A stretch of 62,059 nucleotides of DNA, counting the filler, from Sphacelaria rigidula (taxonomy: Eukaryota): NCBI GenBank assembly GCA_964200075.2. It is 8 parts of 8 records of this genome, joined end to end, with 100 filler letters (N's around TTAATTAATTAA, not from the genome) between each part and the next. Parts side by side here need not be neighbours in the genome. Positions count along the whole stretch, not along the records: positions 7,771 to 15,440 come from CAXNAA020013848.1; positions 15,541 to 23,210 come from CAXNAA020013849.1; positions 23,311 to 30,980 come from CAXNAA020013850.1; 5 more parts are not named here. One strand, written 5' to 3'. Of the stretch, positions 12,704-23,640 are shown one piece after another; within the stretch, counting starts at the first letter, position 1; every line of letters begins with the position of its first letter. A model generated the notes under the pieces. The model was not told where the DNA came from. It was given only the letters and a program-made list of their open reading frames with translations, and searched no databases. The position numbers were made by a program, and so were the translations under genes.

Positions 12704-15180
12704 ACCCCGTGAAAAAAATGAATACGTGGGCATCGCTACTATAGTTGTTCGTCCTCCAGTGGAGGAGATCCTGGTGCAATTGCGGCCAAAACTTCCAGGA
12801 ATTTGTCGCAGCATCCAACTTTTTGTGTAGCACGGCTGCCCTCATTAAATCCAAGCGCTGCAGTTGACTCCAATTATGGAGGTCATGAGTTCGAATCCCG
12901 ACGGATGCCCTTTTATTTGTTCCGTCGGATAGGTGATGCATTCTGCACTACATTTTTTCACTGTTCTTCATTCAGCGGCGGCCCCGTGCGTTACCAAGTT
13001 GGTCGGCAGGCCATACCGATATGCTGACGGCGGTCTGATTTTGAAAACTAGATAGCTTACGGTGTGAGAGGCAAATCGGGATTTACTGCTCGCCGAGCTC
13101 ATAGCACTATTTTTTTGTTCATCTGTATCATTTTGCGTCCGAAAGGGAGGTAGGGGGGTATCGACGGTTTCCAATGGCTTCCTGTACTCGTGGGAAAAAA
13201 ATTCGAGGATACCTTGGTTTTTCTGGTCGTGGCAGATTTCTGTTTTATACACATACACTCTTCAGCCAAGATGGTCGATTCCGGTGGAACAATCCGTGTC
13301 ACCTTCGCCTTTTCCGGTAGTCGCATATTTGTTTCCACGTGACAACCACTTTTGGTCAACAACAGTCGTTCCAGGTGGTAGCTGTCGTGGATTTCTACAC
13401 CTGACCACCACTTTATTCTAAACTCGACTGACGTTCATAGTTCTTAGACGAACGTACAACTGCGGCAAGACGAATAAGATACAAGCACCTGAATACGTTC
13501 ATGTGACGTGATAGATTTTTCAACGATGAACGCAAGGTAAACCGAGGGGGCAACATTCGCCCAGCCATCACTTGCGCCCGAAACGATGAAGGAGAAGAAA
13601 AAAAGTCGTTCAACCTGTTGTGTTTGCCATAATGAGCGGTTTACATGAAACGTTGCGAAAATCGACAGGATGTGTGATGCGCAAGACACGTGGTGACACG
13701 ACCCGCCGTTCCGGTGCAGATGGTACCATATCGACGACATCGGCGAGAGTGTGGCGAAGAAAACCACCCCATGTTTTTCGTCCGACCGTTCAATATAATA
13801 GTGATACGGAGGATTCCCGGCAGTTGTGTCCTGGCACGAACGCCATAGCGTCGAGACGCGAGCGTTGGTAGTGCTGCACGGTAAACCAAAAGGTCGACTG
13901 GCATACGATGGTGTTGTTCAGGTCAGCCGTCTGCCGTTGAAACACTCACTTGATTGACTGGCGGGCGGAGCCAGATCACCCCCAATATACTTTTGCACCC
14001 CACCGTGCACCGCACATGCACAAACCATGATCGCCATGTACCTGAGATGCGACTCATGACTACAGCCTGGAAAATAACATCCTCGGGTTGTACAGAACCG
14101 TTTGCGCAATCTATCTACAGGAAAGAACGGCCCCAAAATTCACCACAGACTAAAATCAGAACGTGAAATCTTTCCCATTGTCGTCCCCCGCTTCTGATGC
14201 CGAGTCCTCTCTCTCTCGGACCCGCTGCATTCTGAATCCGAATCTCCGATCCAGATCCCGCTGCAGAGTTTGACTTGTGTCTGGCGACCCAAGTGGAGGC
14301 TCCAGTGATGTGTTGCATGGGGAAACGGGTGTCGTAGCCACCTGAGGAGAAGGTAATGCCTTGACCGCGTGTTCCTTTCCTCGATCCCTGTGCTGCAATG
14401 CAGCCTCCTGCTGCTCAGCCCATGTTCCCCATGCGCTACTCACATCTGGGTGGTTGATTTTGTTTCTCTTCCGTCTTGACGCCGAGATGTGGGCATGCGA
14501 AGGTGTGCCTCTACCAGACCCAGGCGGGGCACGTCTTTTATTTGTCTTCGAAGGTGGAGTAGAAGTCGCCACCTCACAGGGTATCCCGCCGGTAGTTTCT
14601 CGGCCTTCGCGAGTTGGGGTGCCCACTTCGTGGCAGATTGTCGTCGGCGCCGTGGATGCCGATAGCTCCCGTGAGTTCACCTCCGCCGCGCAGGTACTGA
14701 AGACTGTGTGCGCCGTGCGTTCCCTGGGCGTTCGACTCTCTACTCTTTCACTCTGCGAGCTTCGCCGGCCGTCGCCCCCATCCAACGCCCCCTCGGTTTG
14801 CATGGGTACCCCATCGACCACCGCGCCAGGCGCCCCAGAGTCATAGAAAAGAGCAATCGCCCTGTGCTTTCCATACGATTGGGTACTGGGCTCATCTCCT
14901 ACCGCGGATTTGTCGCCGCGGTGGCTGCCAGCAATAGCCCTTATATTTGACATCGGCACTGCGGATTCTACGCCTGTCGGCCGACAACTTTTGTCAACCA
15001 CAGTTGTGGCATGTGCCGGGTGCGATGACAGCAGACGGCACGCAGGTTTTTCACTACCTACCCGCACGACATGCAACAAAGCGTATGTGTACAAGAATTT
15101 AGTTCTGTGCAATATTTAACGTTTCAACAGTCAGAGTGGGGAGTTCTCGCGCACACATGTATATACAAGTATATACATAT

Positions 15181-15252
15181 TCGCCCCGGTGGTGTAATGG
15201 TCCGAATTTCGCCATTAGGGTGGAGAGAACGGGGTTCGATTCCCGATGCGAG
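15181..15252 (+). pseudogene. tRNA-like sequence (pseudo-tRNA or SINE head)
   Basis: A-box TGGTGTAATGG (15190-15200) and B-box GGTTCGATTCC (15233-15243) at tRNA spacing, but acceptor, D and T stems pair poorly. Confidence 0.55.
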
Positions 15253-15440
15253 TGATCCTACGATGGGGGGGGGTATTTGGTTGCACGAAAAAAAGGTTCA
15301 TAAGTGTGTCAGACATCCTTTCACACTTGCGTTGCGCTTGTATTTGGTCCCAAACGGTGTCAGGCAGTATGAATGATCGTTATTGATCCACAACAAGCTT
15401 GTTCAAGCAACCTTTGCTGCTTTCAACGACGATCTGACTC

Positions 15441-15540
15441 NNNNNNNNNNNNNNNNNNNNNNNNNNNNNNNNNNNNNNNNNNNNTTAATTAATTAANNNN
15501 NNNNNNNNNNNNNNNNNNNNNNNNNNNNNNNNNNNNNNNN
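15441..15540. other. Artificial scaffold linker
   Basis: Same 100-bp linker as 7671-7770. Confidence 0.98.
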
Positions 15541-15729
15541 GTGTCCGTACGAGTACATCCCGTAGTACATTCCGTAGATGTCGGATCCCTGGATATCACC
15601 GTACACGTTGACCTCGTCGAACACCTCGGGGTTGGACAAGTCCGGGCAGAACCCGCGAACCTTCCAGGTGAGACCGTACGACTCCGCGTCGAACCATCCC
15701 AGGTCACCCATCTCCGAGTTGATGATGTC
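15541..15729 (-). CDS. MC5E exon 7 (runs off scaffold)
   Basis: tag|DIINSEMGDLGWFDAESYGLTWKVRGFCPDLSNPEVFDEVNVYGDIQGSDIYGMYYGMYSYGH. Confidence 0.93.
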
Positions 15730-18700
15730 CTACACATGTCGATCACGCGATTCATGCAACAGGGTACAGATGAAAGTGAGATTCGGGAGCGTTGTAAGGC
15801 AATGTCGCCGTCACAATCATGACAAAAGAAGCATTTTCTCCACTGGCGTCACCACTCGGCGCGTCACGGGATTTTCAGAGAAATTGTGTCCCGCCTGCCT
15901 TCTCACCATTCGGCACTCGCCCAGGTCGTTCTTCGCACAGTCTGCGTTCTCAGACATCACTTCGGATACGCAGTTGATGAAGGAACGTCCGCCACTGTAC
16001 GACTTCTGTTGTTCCCCTGCATCGGTGTCCCACGACGTAACCTTCAGGACAGGACGGCAACCAATGACGATGCGAACGGCACGTGGGGTTTGGTCAAGAC
16101 ATTGCGAACGCCTCGAGAGTCACGCACGACCTCCAGAACAACTTACATAGTTGAGCATTTGCGCCACGCTCACCTTGGTACCGTAGAATGACAAACTCCC
16201 GCCGTGGCCCCTGACCTCGTGGAAGTCATCGGATCCATCAGACTGGATTCGAAGTACATCACAGTCACCTCCATCGGAAACGCCGTGGCATTGGAACACG
16301 GCTCCATCGTAGACGAAGAGGGAGCTCGTGAGAAGCCAGTAACCGGTAGGATCACCGCCGACTTCATTGTCATCTTCGTCAAGCACCTTAACCGGCCCAT
16401 CGGGGTAGGCAGCATAGATGCCGCTGAGAGTACCACACCCCCCGCTCTCGATGTCTGTAGACAATTGAAGGACGTGGAAGCAAAATACAGGAACAAGTCA
16501 CCACAAGGTCCAGTGGCCCTTCGGAATGTCTCACATGGCAACAGAAGCGCTCATTTGGGCACGGTGAGATTTTCAGGGCTACTTCGTGTGCGTGACGGCA
16601 CTCCACGGTTGGAACAGTCCTTTATTTTCGGCAAAATTACGCGACTTCCGTTCGACTTTATCGCTCGGCTTCCTCTCGAAGAACGCGTGGCGGGTCGCCC
16701 GAATTTCAATATTACACAATCCCCGACTTCTCTCGCTGTGCTTCGACAGGGAGGGTTCGGTTTGAATAGAGATGAAATGAAATCCCAAATTCAAATACGG
16801 GTATCGTTTTCATCGACAAATGAAACACTGTTTTTCATTGTGTGCTGATGCACATCTGTAGCTGCTGTGCGATTCAAACTCCCTCTAGTAAGCAGAACTA
16901 CCGCAAAAAAATGCACCGGACAATGTACATCATGCTGTCAACAATCCGCTCGTGTCGAAAAACAATTCCCCAACTTCAACGCAAGACCTGAAGGAAATTA
17001 TCGTGAAAGATTGTTAGTTATCGATTTCACCAACATCTGGCCCAGACAGAATTTAGTCGAGATTCATGTCATGGTGGGCGGCGATAAGTAGTAGACCAGA
17101 CACGTCCAGAAATTTGTTACAAAAACGCCGCCTCCAGTGACTCACTGGTTCGTCATCAACTCGAGTGCCAAAAAAGTTGTCAAGCCGTCCCTGCACAAAC
17201 AACCAGTGCGTTCCTTGTCTAGTGCAGCTGTTGACCATATGTTGTCCAAGGTCAACATGTTTTGACGATTCCAGAGGTGATCTGAGGATCGAAGAGTTTA
17301 TATCAACATGATCACACTCCGTTTTCGCGAGTACGCTTTCTCGACTGTAACCCACGACAAGTACAGGGTCAAACTCGAGATGGCAAGGACGAGGCCCGGG
17401 GAAAATGGCTCCAAGGAAAAAATGAAATTTCGGCTACAATCTGTAACAGTATCCCGATGTGTGGCATCGGGGAGTTACTCACACATGGTGTTGGATGTAG
17501 ATGCCCAACGGTATGTGGGGTCGCCGCTGCAGGAGCCCGTAGGGCTTGGCGATGGCGCTGGCTCCGTCACAGGCTCGGTTGCTTCGGTGTCTGCCAGAGG
17601 AATGGAGCACGATGCGGAACATTTGATTACCCGAGGCTTCGGATGTCGTAGTCGAGCAAAAACACGCAGTGCCATCTCCACTGGAAGATCCGAATGTATC
17701 GTTGTGAGGCTCATGAAGTTGCTTGCACGGGGAAAAATATCACACCGTCCTGTATTTCGTGTGTCATGATCGACACTACAAACCGATCTCTAAAGAACCG
17801 TCTGTACACAGTTGGGCCGGTTGTCCACACCATCAGCAACACTACGCATTGGGCTTGCCCCTTCATTCGCACAATACACGACGCGGGGCCCGTCACCGAC
17901 TCACGAATGTACAGGGATGACGGTTAGGGTACCGTTGCGGGGGCTGGATATATTTCAGAAGAAAATGTTGGAGGTGCAGGTTCACAACCCAAGTACATGT
18001 TTCGTGTATACGTGACCATGTTCCGAGGGCTGTTTCACAAACGGATTGCGAGGAAGTGGCACGACATCATATTCGCACGATATCATATTCGCACGATCGT
18101 AGTCTACCCCCCACCACCACGAAGTGCTAGAAGGGACATTTGATTCAGCGCCTCACCAATGTCGTACGCCGTGAACGCCAAGTATCCGCCGCATATCATC
18201 GAGTCATCGCCGGCGCAGGGATAGTCACACACGGCGTCACCATCGTCCGCGTACACTTCCAAATCAACGTCGGCACCCCCGCACCTGCACCAGTCCATCG
18301 GAAGAGAGAGGGTAAATGTTCATCCGAATTTTGATCCGGGCCGAAGTGTCTTCCATCAGACTCCTAGACAACCCGTTCAAAAGTGCCCGGCTTCACAAAG
18401 AAGATGCGCTGTGCACGACTGCTCCTTGTAGGTTGTACTGAGCTTGACCCACGATGCGCGCACCCGGGCTCAACAGTGTAAGTGTTCAACATGACCCTCA
18501 ACTTGCAAGTCACACCTGCCCGAGAAATAATCGTTTTGGTGCCAGGTTCGACTTTTACTGTGAGGTGGTCCGACAGTCGGTGTTTCATCCTTGTCCGGCG
18601 GCGTTTCCTAGTATTAAATCCCTGCTCTTCCGCGTGGTGCGGGGTACGACCGGTTAGGCGCTTTACTTACCAGCACTCCTTGCCCCACTGAAGCGCATAG

Positions 18701-19890
18701 ATGGTGGCGTCCAACTCCAGACAGTGGGCTTGGCAAACCTGTCGAGCGGTTAATTGCAAGCGAGCACCGCAAGTGAGCACGGCGGAAATAACCTCAGAAC
18801 GGCCATCAGTCCGGAGAGGACTCAAATGTAACTTCATGCTGTTTGTGCAGTACGTCAGTTTTTGTGGTGGCTCATTGCCCATCCACAATCCTGTTCGACC
18901 CGCCTGATAGTGCCTGATAGAGCAACATGTGTAAGTAAAGTACGTGAGCGGCATACGCTCATGAGATCATTTCAGATTCTTGGTTCTACAGTGTCTGCTG
19001 CTTGGCCAAAAGGGGTCACCACCTGACCATGACCATCATCATAGCGAACTAACTGGGACGACTCCAGTACAAGGCGCGAAGTGGCTCCGATACAATTTGG
19101 ACGTGGATGAAAGGACTTAGCTACAGGTTCTTGTGCCAACCTCCGCCACCCACAACTATCCGGTTTCCAGCAGGTATCACAGTTGGAGCGAATCAAGTGT
19201 CAGGCACGTCACATTACACTTGTGCAAGCACAGAGATTCGTAACAACGCATGGCTTCATGATCCGAGTCTATTGGGGATGTTCTGGTCATCTCTCATCAT
19301 TCGGACAAGTAGCAGCGTATTGTATCCACCAAATACTGTCAGAATTCTGGGTACCTCCATTCGTTACAGATCGGAAAAATTATGAACTGGAACGAACACA
19401 GCTCGGGTCAGGATGCAAAAAACGAGTCCAGCGCTGCTTGCAGCATCGGACAAAAACTTGATCCACCCCACGAAGCTAACCGAAACGCTGTCTTGAAATG
19501 ATGAAACAAACTTATGCCGTGATTTCACAATCGAGACCGTGCCGTGTGCTAGGCGGGAGCCCAAGGCAGAAACGAGTGAGAACGGGCAGTAAAACCAAGT
19601 ACACCCACCTCGGGGGTCATCAACTCGTCGGTCAACACATCGCCCAGCACTCGTGAGTTGCGCCTGTCGTTGAAGCATCCCAACGATGCAGCATCAGCTG
19701 CCTGGCCCACAGCTCGAGAAGACTTGTTGCTCGCGTTATCGGAAAGCCCCACCGACAAGCCGAGGACGAGTGCGGCGGCACCAGCGAAGGCGCCGACCGC
19801 GAGAAGGTGTCGCTTCTTGATTTTGCCGTTGCATGTCCTGTCCGCGTTGCCATCACGCCAAATCTGAGCGTCGCTTTCCACCGCAGCCAT
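15541..19890 (-). CDS. Membrane-anchored WSC-domain mannuronan C-5-epimerase (alginate epimerase), 7 exons, 3'-truncated by scaffold end
   Basis: Manually spliced exons 19890-19609, 18738-18671, 18284-18157, 17590-17483, 16454-16174, 16041-15907 and 15729-15541. All introns are GT..AG and the phases (0,2,1,1,0,0) join into one open 397-codon frame. The product has KIKKRH plus a hydrophobic segment, an 8-Cys WSC pattern (LGCF..VCQAHC..ECWCG..VCDYPC..ICGG), a TEPAPSPSPT linker, then motifs I recognise from brown-algal MC5E (EVRGHGGSLSFYGTKVTSWD, GRSFINCVSE, ECRMDIINSEMGDLGW..ESYGLTWKVRGFC..VYGDI..SDIY..YYGMYSYGH). An in-frame stop lies two codons upstream of the ATG. Confidence 0.93.
15907..16041 (-). 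CDS. MC5E exon 6 (not in the supplied ORF track)
   Basis: aag|VTSWDTDAGEQQKSYSGGRSFINCVSEVMSENADCAKNDLGECRM|gtgaga. Confidence 0.9.
16174..16454 (-). CDS. MC5E exon 5
   Basis: tacag|(Y)IESGGCGTLSGIY...GYWLLTSSLFV..GGDCDVLRIQS..EVRGHGGSLSFYGTK|gtgagc. Confidence 0.92.
17483..17590 (-). CDS. MC5E exon 4 (Pro/Thr/Ser linker)
   Basis: gcag|(D)TEATEPVTEPAPSPSPTGSCSGDPTYRWASTSNTM|gtgagt; phase fits both neighbours. Confidence 0.85.
18157..18284 (-). CDS. MC5E exon 3 (WSC C-terminal half)
   Basis: gcag|(W)CGGADVDLEVYADDGDAVCDYPCAGDDSMICGGYLAFTAYDI|gtgagg. Confidence 0.9.
18671..18738 (-). CDS. MC5E exon 2 (WSC)
   Basis: cag|VCQAHCLELDATIYALQWGKEC(W)|gtaagt. Confidence 0.88.
19609..19890 (-). CDS. 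MC5E exon 1: start codon, signal anchor, start of WSC domain
   Basis: MAAVE...KIKKRHLLAVGAFAGAAALVLGLSVGLS...SLGCFNDRRNSRVLGDVLTDELMTPE, followed by a GTGGGT donor. Confidence 0.85.
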
Positions 19891-21894
19891 TATTTATCTG
19901 CGTCGATCAAGCGCAGATGAGCGAAGGACGAGAAGGTCTCGGCGAGACTGCTGCTGTAGACCTCGGAGAGAGACACCCGGCGCAAGCAACAACGACAACT
20001 ATGCGTTCCGTGAACAAAGAATGGTGTGGGGGAAGATATCCTTGTGATGTTGGATCGGGGTGAAGTGAAGTGGGTGGGGGGGTGGGGAGGGGGGAAGGGA
20101 GGGTTGCTTGCTGCAGCTTTATTCACAGGATAGTTACGATTGTTCTCATTTATCACATATTCTGGAAAAACAATTCGGCGGGCTTCAATATACTCGAAAA
20201 TACTCATCTTCCCGCACCCTAGGGAGTATGTGTAGGACCGAAATCAAGGGGTCCCCGAATTAGCGAAGGGGTGGGGCACACACGAGAACATGCACGCGGT
20301 CTCCCCAAGGAACCTGACCGTATGGACATTCGAACACACCTTGTCGCTGAGAGCTTTGCTGCTGTTTTATTCTGCCTAGTAGCGCGTATGTGCTGTGTTG
20401 CTGGGACGGTAAGTAAAGAAGCGAGCAGGGGTGTCGGAGTAATTTGACGGCACGACCTGTCCGTAGGTAGAGGCAGATTTGATTTTCGACTCTTTCGGTG
20501 ATAAATGGCTTTGGGATCACATTTTGGCTTCGGTCGGCCCGATTCAATTTACGAGTAGATCGTTCAAAGTATAAAATGGATTAATTTATAGTTTAGACGT
20601 ACACTGGCATGAAATAACAAACTAACAAGAATTGACACGATTTATGACGTTCCAGGCCCCCAAATACTTGTACTAGAATCAAGTCAATTTCAAAAGTTTT
20701 CGTCCCACATATTTCGTATTCTGCCCATCGCATTTTCTTTAAGCCGGCAGCACTTTCTCGGCGTGAGACTTTTGGAACACTAAAAATTACCGACATGATC
20801 CTGACATGATTCATGTCAGCTTCCCCCAAACCATCACCAGACATAGGTATATACTTACGGCAGGAGGTATATGAATATCTTTTTTCGTCTTCGACCCGGA
20901 GCAAATACCTTTGCTTTCATCATGGGAGCTGTGATGTATTTTGGCAAACATGGCGAAGGTGCACCCTTTGCGATTTCCATTCTGCTTTCGACATGTTGGT
21001 TGGTTGTGTTTGCCGTTCGGTTCATAGTTTTGCAAATTCGCACACGGCTTTTCGCCCCCTGCAAAAAATGGCGGACAACATCAAGGCTGGTTACGAGAAT
21101 TTCTGGTGCGTCGTGAACCCGAAGGGCGATGGGGCGGCCTTGGTGAAAGACTCCACACGTCGAACAACTCATGACTTGACTCAGTTCTGTGATACGACCC
21201 ATCTAGTGGGGAAAAGATGCCGCTGGGTTATGCCCTGTAACCCGGCCGGTGGAAAATGGTACCGCCAGTGAATATAGATACCGTTGAGTCAAACAGTATA
21301 CCTCAACAGCTGGCATGTACGAAAATGAGTTACATGACATGACGTGTCGGACATGTAAATGACCCACAATCATCGTATGCCTTGCTCTCTCTGCTTTACT
21401 CGAACACGTATGTCGAATGGTCAACCACTACTTTTAACGTTCCTGCCTGTATCAGAATGTGTCAAAGCGTGTGACACACGAAAAGAAAAATGCCATGCCC
21501 TCCGGTATGCGCCGGGCGTGTCTTCCTCGTCGCCTAGAGTGACTGTTGACGATGATCGAATACGTGAGGTAGGTGGCATCACATTTCCCACCCGTGGAGT
21601 ACTGACTGTCCTCCGCTGGTTGGGCGGGGCGGGTATATCTGTTCATTTTTTCGGCTTGATTTTGTGCTTGGTTTGCTGTTATTGCCTCGATTCAAAATAG
21701 ATTACTGTAGTTGTACCGAAGTTCACCCGCCTCACCCCACTGCAGCACCTCGGCTTCGAACTCCAATCTGCGAAAAGATCGGTGTTTCGACGAGCAGCAA
21801 CAGCATCTTCTCCTAACCGGTCGGTACTTCAATGCAGTGAGTGGAGGGAGACATGTTGTGTTTATTTCTCGCATATGCAATGGTACTATACACA

Positions 21895-22127
21895 ATTTCG
21901 ACTTCGAGAGAGAGGGACTACGGAACCCCTCTCGTGATAAAACTACAGACTAGCACCGCAGAAGGAAGGTGGCGAACTAGTATAAACAAGAAAAAAAAAA
22001 AAGTACTATGCTGGCCTACCTCCTCTGCTGGCCCACCTCCTGTGTGAACCTCCCCGCTCGTGCGCCCACACATACTATATACCGAAAGGTCTAGACCGGC
22101 GTCCAGAATAGATCGGACGACAACACA
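21895..22127 (+). mobile_element. Repeat family B copy (diverged)
   Basis: Reverse complement of the 34932 and 44698 copies. Confidence 0.75.
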
Positions 22128-22796
22128 TGGTCTTCACTTCGAGACACTCAATCGATCACATGTACAACCGTTTTTGTGGTATAGCACACTTGGTGCGTTC
22201 AAATACCCCCTGTTCGGGGTTATATCACAGCGACGACCAGACTAAACAAACTAAGTTGTGTGTAGTGTCGGAGCGCGGAGCCGTACCTAGACATGACTCG
22301 TTCACCACCCTGTACCGTTCAACTTCAGCCGTGTCGAAGGATGAATGTGCTGCTTGTCCTGTCGGTGTACATACATACACGCACACAACAAAAAAACTCT
22401 CGCTTGCAAATTATGTGCGCACCCTATGAATTTGACTCGGCACCCACCCGCTGACTTACAAGGCAGAATAGTGCAGATCAGTTAAGCGATGGGCTCTATT
22501 TCCTTGTAGCCCGAATAGTCGCTTGCGGTGAATGTGATCCGCGCTTTCACTCCAAGCATGCTGCCTTGGGGGAAGGAAAGCCGGGGGAAAAAACGACAAC
22601 TTTCGAACAAGATACATGTGTCAGTGCACAATTATTCGCCCCGCTTGCTTCTTTGGTGTACAGGTGCCGTGCAGAAGTATGGCAGTAGCGTTCAAACCTA
22701 CAGTAGTAGTAGTAGCAGTAGTATTAATAGTAGAAGTGGTGGTGGTGCGTGGCAATCGGCCTCGGTGGTTTCAACATTAATGATTCACCGGAGTTG

Positions 22797-22980
22797 GTCG
22801 CCCCCGTGGCTCAGGTGCTATGTCCTCGAAACCCTCCCACATTTGGGCCGTGGGTTCGAACCTCGGCGATGTCAATGTAAAGGTCTCCACTTCAGAGCCG
22901 CGCGGGGCGCAGTTGATAACCTCGAAAGGGTATATACTGTATGTGGTAGGCTCTTGGGTTTTATGCATTTTCCCCCAAAA
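22797..22980 (+). mobile_element. tRNA-derived SINE candidate
   Basis: A-box-like TGGCTCAGGTG (22807-22817) and B-box GGTTCGAACC (22853-22862), with TCGCC/GGCGA closing the head. The 3' boundary is a guess. Confidence 0.45.
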
Positions 22981-23132
22981 AACTTGTGCGTCTCGTTCAG
23001 GAGGGGGGTATTTTGAATCGGAAACCCCGCCGAGGCGTTACAGTTACTTGATTTCAGTGTGAAAGACCGAAAACAAGAAGCCATAGTTTGTGCGAATTAT
23101 ACGCGCGCATAAAAAGCAAAAGCCTAGCCTCT

Positions 23133-23210
23133 ACTCCAGAGCAATGCTACGGTAGGGGTGCACTTTTTTCGCGAAATTATGTCTGGTTCAGAGGCTCCTA
23201 ACGATTCTAG
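23133..23210. mobile_element. Left end of the same MITE family, cut by scaffold end
   Basis: ATGCTACGGTAGGGGTGCACTTTTTTCGCGAA..GGCTCCTAACGATTC matches 2905-2971. Confidence 0.75.
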
Positions 23211-23310
23211 NNNNNNNNNNNNNNNNNNNNNNNNNNNNNNNNNNNNNNNNNNNNTTAATTAATTAANNNNNNNNNNNNNNNNNNNNNNNNNNNNNNNNNN
23301 NNNNNNNNNN
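23211..23310. other. Artificial scaffold linker
   Basis: Same 100-bp linker as 7671-7770. Confidence 0.98.
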
Positions 23311-23520
23311 AAGACAGGTGACACAAGGAGAGTAGTATGGCCACCATGTTAGGGGTTCAGCTCAGAAACAAAAACCTTAACGGAGTATAATATGCTCTAT
23401 ACGTAGCTGTGACAATAGATGACAGATAATATCTATCGGTAGGCATTGTATACCACAGTAGTAGTTTATGGTATGTATATATCGGTATTCATTGCCACCA
23501 TGTATAGATGTATACGCACT

Positions 23521-23640
23521 CCATCAATAGCTATTGCCGTCATCAATAGATTTGGTATACAATCTGTTAATAGCCATCGTCGTCATCAATAGATTTGGCA
23601 CGCGGTCCATCGATAGCCATTGCCGTCATCAATAGATTTT
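23521..23640. repeat. 43-bp tandem repeat, ~3 copies
   Basis: ATAGCYATYGYCGTCATCAATAGATTT recurs in units starting at 23521, 23564 and 23607. Confidence 0.85.

Noticed and set aside
12887-12915. tRNA gene (GAGTTCGAATCC B-box followed by a T-run)
   Set aside because: No convincing A-box or cloverleaf; at most a degenerate SINE head.
15181-15252. Functional (possibly ochre-suppressor, TTA) tRNA
   Set aside because: The acceptor and T stems do not pair properly and the anticodon loop lacks U33, so I treat it as a pseudo-tRNA or SINE head.
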